Below, one piece after another: positions 58,467 through 64,000 of a stretch of 64,000 nt of DNA. Numbering within the stretch: position 1 is the stretch's first letter; each line of letters starts with the position of its first letter. The stretch spans positions 5,608-69,607 of the forward strand of contig CAZPVH010000003.1 in the NCBI GenBank assembly GCA_964589975.1, given 5' to 3'. The translations under genes and the position numbers were made by a program. Origin of the DNA: an uncultured Candidatus Saccharibacteria bacterium. GTDB taxonomy: Bacteria; Patescibacteriota; Minisyncoccia; Phycocordibacterales; CSBR16-119. The notes under the pieces were generated by a model, which was not told the DNA's origin, made no database searches, and saw only the letters and a program-made list of their open reading frames with translations.

Positions 58467-60629
58467 TTATTTCGCTGGCGTGCCTGCGCGCTTCTTGATG
58501 ATCTCTTCGGCAACGTTCTTTGGCACAACATCGTAGCGGAGGAATTCCATTGTGAAGTTTCCGCGGCCGGCCGTCATCGAACGGAGATTATTGATGTAGC
58601 CGAACATTTCAGAGAGTGGTACGACAGCTTTAATAGCCTGGACCATTCCTCGGTCTTCGGTACCCTCAACGAGTCCTCGCTTTGAAGCAATGTCGCCTGT
58701 GATGTCTCCCATGTTTGCATGAGGGGCCACAACTTCAACTTTCATCATAGGCTCAAGGATAACTGGATTCGCTTTTCGCGCAGCTTCCTGGAAGGCCATG
58801 GAGCCGGCGATCTTGAAGGCGATTTCTGAGGAGTCGACATCGTGGTATGAACCGTCGTAAAGCTCGACGCGAACATCAGTAATTGGATAACCAGCCACCA
58901 CACCGCGCTGCATAGATTCGATAATACCCTTTTCGACAGCCGGGATAAATTCGTTCGGGATGACGCCTCCTTTGATGGCGTTAACGAACTCGAGCCCGTC
59001 TTCACGAGTCGTGTTCTTTGGCAAGTCTTCAACAGGAATACTGTAGTCGATTGGAGAAAGGCGAATTCTGACATGGCCGTACTGACCGCGTCCGCCGGAC
59101 TGCTTAACGTATTTGTGATCGACTTCGGCATTGCCTTTGATGGTTTCGCGGAAAGCGACCTGCGGCGCGGAAGTGTTCGCCTCAACGGAGAATTCCCTCT
59201 TCATGCGGTCAACGAGGATTTCCAAGTGTAGTTCTCCCATACCAGCGATGATGGTTTCGCCAGTTTCAGGATCAGATGATACGCGGAATGTTGGATCTTC
59301 GGCGGAGAGACGCGACAGGGCAAGGCCCATTTTCTCCTGATCAGCCTTAGTTTTCGGCTCGATTCGCATGGAAATAACCGGCTCAGGGGCGATGATTCGT
59401 TCAAGGATGATCGGCTTGTCTTCATCGCAAAGAGTGTCAGATGTCGTTGTGTCTTTGAGGCCGACGGCCGCGGCAATTTCACCGGCGTAAACAACCTTTA
59501 CCTCTTCTCGTTCGTTGGCGTGCATACGGAGGATTCGGCCAATACGCTCTTTAGTATTTTTTGTCGCATTGTAAACATATGATCCGGCTTCTAGAGAACC
59601 CGAGTAAACGCGGATGAAAGTGAGCTGGCCGACGTATGGATCAGACTGAAGCTTGAACGCGAGCGCGGAAAGAGGCGCTGTGTCAGAAGGCTCCCTGGTG
59701 ATAGTCTCTCCGGTATTCGGATCAATTCCGTGAGTCATCGGGATATCGAGAGGCGATGGCAAATAGTCGACAACGCCGTCAAGGACGAGCTGAACGCCTT
59801 TGTTCTTCAAAGCTGATCCCGCAAAAACTGGGAAGATAGCATTATTGATGACAGCCTTTCGTAGGACCTTCTTTAGATCTTCGATTGGAAAATCTGTCTT
59901 GCCATCAAGATACTCTGACATCATCTTCTCGTCATTTTCGACGATTTTTTCTAGGAGTTCCATATGGAATTTCTCCGCCTCGGTCTTGTAAGCTTCAGGG
60001 ATTTCCATTTCAATAACATCTTTGCCCTTGTCGCCTTCGAACCTGTAGGCCTTCATCTTTAGGAGGTCGATGACAGCTTCGAACTGGTCTTCTAGACCGA
60101 TCGGGATCTGAATTCGAACGGCTTTCTTCGTGAGGCGGGCTAGGATAGACTCGTATGATTTCTCAAAAGAGGCTCCGGTTCGGTCGAGCTTGTTGATGAA
60201 GCAGAGGCGCGGAACATTTCCTTCGTCGGCATAGCGCCAGTTCGTTTCTGACTGAGGCTCAACGCCGGCCACGCCGTCAAAGACGACGACTGCGCCGTCG
60301 AGAACGCGGAGGGATCGCTTAACTTCGATCGTGAAGTCGATGTGTCCCGGGGTGTCGATCAGGTTAAAGCGAGTCTTCTTCGTCGTGTCGCCTTTCGGCA
60401 TGTAAGTCGGGCTCCAGAAACAAGTTGTGGCGGCGGAGGTAATGGTGATTCCCCTCTCTCGCTCCTGCTCCATCCAGTCCATGACCGTGTCGCCCTCGTG
60501 AACTTCGCCGATCTTGTGGGACATTCCGGTATAAAAAAGCACGCGCTCAGATGTCGTGGTCTTACCAGCATCGATGTGCGCGATGATTCCAAAATTTCTA
60601 ACTTTCTCCAGAGGATAATCCCTTCCCAT
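58467..60629 (-). CDS. fusA: Elongation factor G
   Basis: [31 protein letters not shown]. Confidence 0.99.
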   Translation of the reverse strand: MGRDYPLEKVRNFGIIAHIDAGKTTTSERVLFYTGMSHKIGEVHEGDTVMDWMEQERERGITITSAATTCFWSPTYMPKGDTTKKTRFNLIDTPGHIDFTIEVKRSLRVLDGAVVVFDGVAGVEPQSETNWRYADEGNVPRLCFINKLDRTGASFEKSYESILARLTKKAVRIQIPIGLEDQFEAVIDLLKMKAYRFEGDKGKDVIEMEIPEAYKTEAEKFHMELLEKIVENDEKMMSEYLDGKTDFPIEDLKKVLRKAVINNAIFPVFAGSALKNKGVQLVLDGVVDYLPSPLDIPMTHGIDPNTGETITREPSDTAPLSALAFKLQSDPYVGQLTFIRVYSGSLEAGSYVYNATKNTKERIGRILRMHANEREEVKVVYAGEIAAAVGLKDTTTSDTLCDEDKPIILERIIAPEPVISMRIEPKTKADQEKMGLALSRLSAEDPTFRVSSDPETGETIIAGMGELHLEILVDRMKREFSVEANTSAPQVAFRETIKGNAEVDHKYVKQSGGRGQYGHVRIRLSPIDYSIPVEDLPKNTTREDGLEFVNAIKGGVIPNEFIPAVEKGIIESMQRGVVAGYPITDVRVELYDGSYHDVDSSEIAFKIAGSMAFQEAARKANPVILEPMMKVEVVAPHANMGDITGDIASKRGLVEGTEDRGMVQAIKAVVPLSEMFGYINNLRSMTAGRGNFTMEFLRYDVVPKNVAEEIIKKRAGTPAK

Positions 60630-60678
60630 ATAAAAAATTGTTAATATTAATTATTCAAATTTAATCTCGCCCGCGAAA

Positions 60679-61149
60679 TTACCAAGCAAAGTGAGCAAAG
60701 GCCTTGTTGGCCTCGGCCATCTTGTGAGTATCGTCTCGCTTTTTGATAGCGAAGCCTTCGCTGTTGTAAGCCTGGAGAAGCTCTTCAGAAAGAGCCTTGT
60801 CCATCTTGATGCCACTCTTTGAGCGTGCGGCTTCTATGATCCATCGCATAGCGAGCTGGAGTCGGCGCTCGGCCCGAACTTCACGAGGAACCTGATAGTT
60901 GGCTCCGCCGACACGGCGTGAGCGGACTTCCATGGAAGGAGAAGCATTTTTAAGAGCCATGTCGAAAACTTCTAGCGGATTTGGATTTCCCGTTTTCTCC
61001 TTTATGTTCTCGAGGGTCTGATAGACAACCTTTTCAGCCGTGATGCGCTTGCCGTCCTGCATGATGTAGTTAATGAAACGAGAAAGCTTCTCAGAGTTGT
61101 AGACTCGATCAGCTTTGACAATATTTCGATTTTTGACTTTCCTTCGCAT
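60679..61149 (-). CDS. rpsG: 30S ribosomal protein S7
   Basis: RRVGGANYQVP, HKMAEANKAFAH. Confidence 0.99.
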   Translation of the reverse strand: MRRKVKNRNIVKADRVYNSEKLSRFINYIMQDGKRITAEKVVYQTLENIKEKTGNPNPLEVFDMALKNASPSMEVRSRRVGGANYQVPREVRAERRLQLAMRWIIEAARSKSGIKMDKALSEELLQAYNSEGFAIKKRDDTHKMAEANKAFAHFAW

Positions 61150-61162
61150 GAATTATTTAAAA

Positions 61163-61579
61163 TTATTTACCTTTTGGTTTCTTATTGCCGTATTTACTTC
61201 GAGCGTTTCGGCGCTTCTCAACTCCCTGCGCATCTAGAACTCCTCTCACGACGGTGTATCGTACTCCGATGAGGTCTTTCACGCGACCCGACCGAAGCAT
61301 AACAACGGAGTGCTCCTGGAGGCTGTGGCCTTCTCCTGGGATATAAGCTGTGACTTCCATACCGTTAGTCAAGCGGACTCGGGCAATCTTTCGGAGAGCT
61401 GAGTTTGGCTTCTTAGGGGTTGTAGTTGTAACCTTAGTACAAACACCTCGCTTGAATGGAGAAAAGTATGAGGTTGGGCGATTTGTAATAGTGTTGAAGC
61501 CACGAGTAAGAGCCAGGGTCTTGGATTTCCTGACTGTCTTCTTTCGCGGCTTTTTGATTAGTTGATTTATTGTCGCCAT
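61163..61579 (-). CDS. rpsL: 30S ribosomal protein S12
   Basis: [23 protein letters not shown]. Confidence 0.99.
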   Translation of the reverse strand: MATINQLIKKPRKKTVRKSKTLALTRGFNTITNRPTSYFSPFKRGVCTKVTTTTPKKPNSALRKIARVRLTNGMEVTAYIPGEGHSLQEHSVVMLRSGRVKDLIGVRYTVVRGVLDAQGVEKRRNARSKYGNKKPKGK

Positions 61580-61708
61580 TTCTTTCGTAAAGAAAAAGTA
61601 GTCCAAAAAGACTAGTGGGGACACTTTACTATGTGGCGTTAAAGAATGCAAGCCCTTTTGACCATAAAAGCAGAAAGCCCCCAACCGGATGGTCGGGGGC
61701 GCTTCGCA

Positions 61709-63442
61709 TTACGGGTTCACCATGATCCGGCGGGTGCCGGCTTCACCACCCACAAAGAACATACCTGTCACCTTCGGGACGAAGAAGTCGCCGCCGTTGG
61801 CAAGGATCTGCCCTCCTGAGTCGACCAAGAAACATCCCTGTGGGATTAGGATCGGTTGATCGACCCTAATCACCTGTGAACCAGAGACCGTCGTAGTGAC
61901 GGCAACAACATGTCCGACGATCTTCGTCGTACCATCTGTATCCGTCTGACGGAGCCTGTAGTAGCTCGTGCCGAGAAGCGGATCAGAGTCAATGGCATCA
62001 TAGATCGTCTGTTGTTGGCTATTCCCAAGACTATGGACACGGAGCACCTCTGTGAAGCCAAGCCCGTCAACCGACCTTTCGATCGAGTAGTAGTCGTTGT
62101 TCCGCTCCGACGCCGTCGCCCAGTCAAGCCGCACCACTCCGTCATCGGCAAATGCCCTGAAGTAAAGAAGCGTGACGGGAAGGGTTGTAATCGAGCATGG
62201 CACTGACAGCGGACTATATTCCGTCATGTCGCTGCCTGCATATTCGGAGAACACTGCGTTCGTCCAAGCATACAAGCTCGAATTGGTCAGAACAGTGAAG
62301 TTCGAGTAGGAGGATGGCACGATACTCATCGAACCGAGCAGCTCGCACGCATCCCCAGAGATTACACCAGTGACCACATCGATACGCGTCATCATTATGC
62401 CTGGTGTTATGCCAGCGGTCGTAGGAACGATGAGATCAGATCCTTCGATGGCCATATCAGCGCAAACGGCGCCGAAGGTATTCACGTCGCGTGACCAGAC
62501 TACCGATCCCGAAGGATCGATTTTCCAGACCGTCGAAACGTAAGGGGAAGTCCTGCTTCCACCAATGAAGACACTGCCATCATCTGCCGCCAGAATCTTA
62601 CTAGCAATCAGGTATTGACCCGATATACAGAAGACTGACGGTGTAGATGCAAGAGAGAATGCATTATCGAGCCGAATAAGCCCCATGCGATCCCCCATCG
62701 GACCAGCTCTCGTCACAATCGTTATTCCTGCAGACGTCACTGACGCCGCGTAAAATATGTCGTGATAGAGCGTGGAACCGTAACTGCGGTGTAGCGTGAC
62801 TGTTCCATCTTGATCGAATACTGAGAGGAACACGTTTGAGTTACCACCGACAGGCTCTGTCCCAAGGACCACTGTATTCGATCCCTGACAGATAACCGCT
62901 GACGCATCAGAAGTACTGATACCAACGAGTATCTTTGACCAAAGCAGGTCTCCCGCGGCACTTAGACGCAAGAGCGCCATATCGAAGCCTGAGCCCAGGA
63001 GAACCGAGATACTTCCATCCGAAGCTTCAGCCACATCATAGGCGATGTCGCTAGCAAGAAAGAAGTTTCGCGTCCACAAGGTATCAAGATTCGCGTCATA
63101 TCGGCAAACATAAGCACGCGTCTCGCCGGTAAGTTGAGTATTCCCGGCGGCAATGTAACCACCTGAAGCCGCTTTTACGAGAGCCGAGTAAGTACCCGTA
63201 GCTAATTGCTTAGAAGCCGGGTCGACATATCCGTAACCGAATCGAGTTATGGAAGCTCTTTCTACAAACCCAGGAGACAGGCTGACATAGCCAGCCGCAA
63301 CATAGGTATCGTAGCCATCATAGACCATGGCATTGGTGAGGAGAGCACTGCCGGCTCCCCCCATCGGCAATAGCCGGAAAGCCTGCTGGGCGAATGTATG
63401 TGCGCCAGCAAGACTGAGGAGGAGGGCCAGGAAGTGTCTCAT
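61709..63442 (-). CDS. Bacteroidota-like secreted beta-propeller protein with LPV..F FN3-like domain and degenerate T9SS-like tail
   Basis: Signal peptide TFA-Q, D..G.LLW repeats, LPVTLLYF...W.TASERNNDYYSIERS.DG...YYRLRQTDTDG. Confidence 0.8.
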   Translation of the reverse strand: MRHFLALLLSLAGAHTFAQQAFRLLPMGGAGSALLTNAMVYDGYDTYVAAGYVSLSPGFVERASITRFGYGYVDPASKQLATGTYSALVKAASGGYIAAGNTQLTGETRAYVCRYDANLDTLWTRNFFLASDIAYDVAEASDGSISVLLGSGFDMALLRLSAAGDLLWSKILVGISTSDASAVICQGSNTVVLGTEPVGGNSNVFLSVFDQDGTVTLHRSYGSTLYHDIFYAASVTSAGITIVTRAGPMGDRMGLIRLDNAFSLASTPSVFCISGQYLIASKILAADDGSVFIGGSRTSPYVSTVWKIDPSGSVVWSRDVNTFGAVCADMAIEGSDLIVPTTAGITPGIMMTRIDVVTGVISGDACELLGSMSIVPSSYSNFTVLTNSSLYAWTNAVFSEYAGSDMTEYSPLSVPCSITTLPVTLLYFRAFADDGVVRLDWATASERNNDYYSIERSVDGLGFTEVLRVHSLGNSQQQTIYDAIDSDPLLGTSYYRLRQTDTDGTTKIVGHVVAVTTTVSGSQVIRVDQPILIPQGCFLVDSGGQILANGGDFFVPKVTGMFFVGGEAGTRRIMVNP

Positions 63443-63518
63443 GTGTTTGGTTTTTTGTTTATTTTGTGAACCCTTTACAAAGGGCAGATTTCCCTTTATT
63501 TATAACATTTTTAAAGAA

Positions 63519-63552
63519 AAAAGTCAAGGGTTATCCACAACCCTTGACTTTT
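63519..63552. promoter_or_regulatory. 14-bp perfect inverted repeat containing the -35 and a central DnaA box
   Basis: AAAAGTCAAGGGTT-ATCCAC-AACCCTTGACTTTT. Confidence 0.6.
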
Positions 63553-63592
63553 CGCCCTTTTGCCTTAAAACCCTTATTTTATGGGGTTTTCG

Positions 63593-64000
63593 CTAGACCT
63601 CAAAATTCTGGCCGATAAATCCCTTTTTAACTCGAAAAGTTTCGGAAGTATAGATTTCTTTGTATTCATCTTCCCCGATCTTCTTTTCAATCTTTACGTA
63701 GTATTCGCCATTTGGCACCAAGACATAGTACTTCCCGGTTTTACCAATGATGGCGTGGGCAATTTCTTTCTTTAGAGCCTTTGAATAAACTTTCACGAGT
63801 CCGAATGATAACGGGAATCCGCTCCCCGCTTCGGAAACGTATCCCGGCTTCTTTGGCTTCACTCCAAAAAGTCGAAGAATGAATACGGCAGCATAAACAC
63901 CCAGCAAAATATAGTTTAGTGTTGAAGGTCCCGTCACGAGAAGCACCAAAGAAGACACGAGCCCGCCCCAGAACGCAACACCGGCGATGTGCGCCAAGAA
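63593..64000 (-). CDS. C-terminal part of a membrane protein with carboxypeptidase-regulatory-like domain (partial)
   Basis: TM pair then G.V...G.PLSFGLVKV...GKYYVLVPNGEYYVKIEK. Confidence 0.7.
   Translation of the reverse strand, partial: FLAHIAGVAFWGGLVSSLVLLVTGPSTLNYILLGVYAAVFILRLFGVKPKKPGYVSEAGSGFPLSFGLVKVYSKALKKEIAHAIIGKTGKYYVLVPNGEYYVKIEKKIGEDEYKEIYTSETFRVKKGFIGQNFEV

Noticed and set aside
61580-61684. N-terminal extensions in the ORF track (rpsL, folA, 17619, 23400, 42472)
   Set aside because: Conserved N-termini or promoter positions indicate downstream starts

Overview
64 kb of a bacterial chromosome (genetic code 11) that looks like Patescibacteria/CPR, probably Parcubacteria. The signs are compact gene packing, no biosynthetic operons, alpha2-type GlyRS, IleRS2, rplK with no following rplA, a CPR-type acidic surface protein and a VirD4/HerA-like ATPase. 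Contents in order: end of a surface-glycan cluster (1-11.7 kb); a large surface protein with a ~355-nt structured leader; ftsK/recA; rpsF-ssb-rpsR and adk-map; aminoacyl-tRNA synthetases (metG, glyQS, ileS with an inserted histidine-phosphatase domain, argS); a complete divergent thymidylate cluster (glyA-dut-tmk / thyA-dcd-folA); rpsL-rpsG-fusA; secE-nusG-rplK. The most unusual signals are regulatory and non-coding. (1) About 12 stand-alone orphan genes share a sigma70 promoter and an A/C-rich leader, and several encode Bacteroidota-style proteins, whereas many resident genes appear leaderless. (2) A four-copy structured palindrome with an invariant core and covarying arms sits just after stop codons. 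(3) Two CCCGTTAG...CTAACGGG mini-elements are inserted exactly at start codons and duplicate the ATG. (4) Three apparent ncRNA transcription units are present, one with 6S-like architecture. (5) A duplicated gene 3' end brackets a small island. No integrase, transposase, reverse transcriptase, CRISPR array, tRNA or rRNA was recognised. All calls come from reading the sequence by eye; no searches were run.
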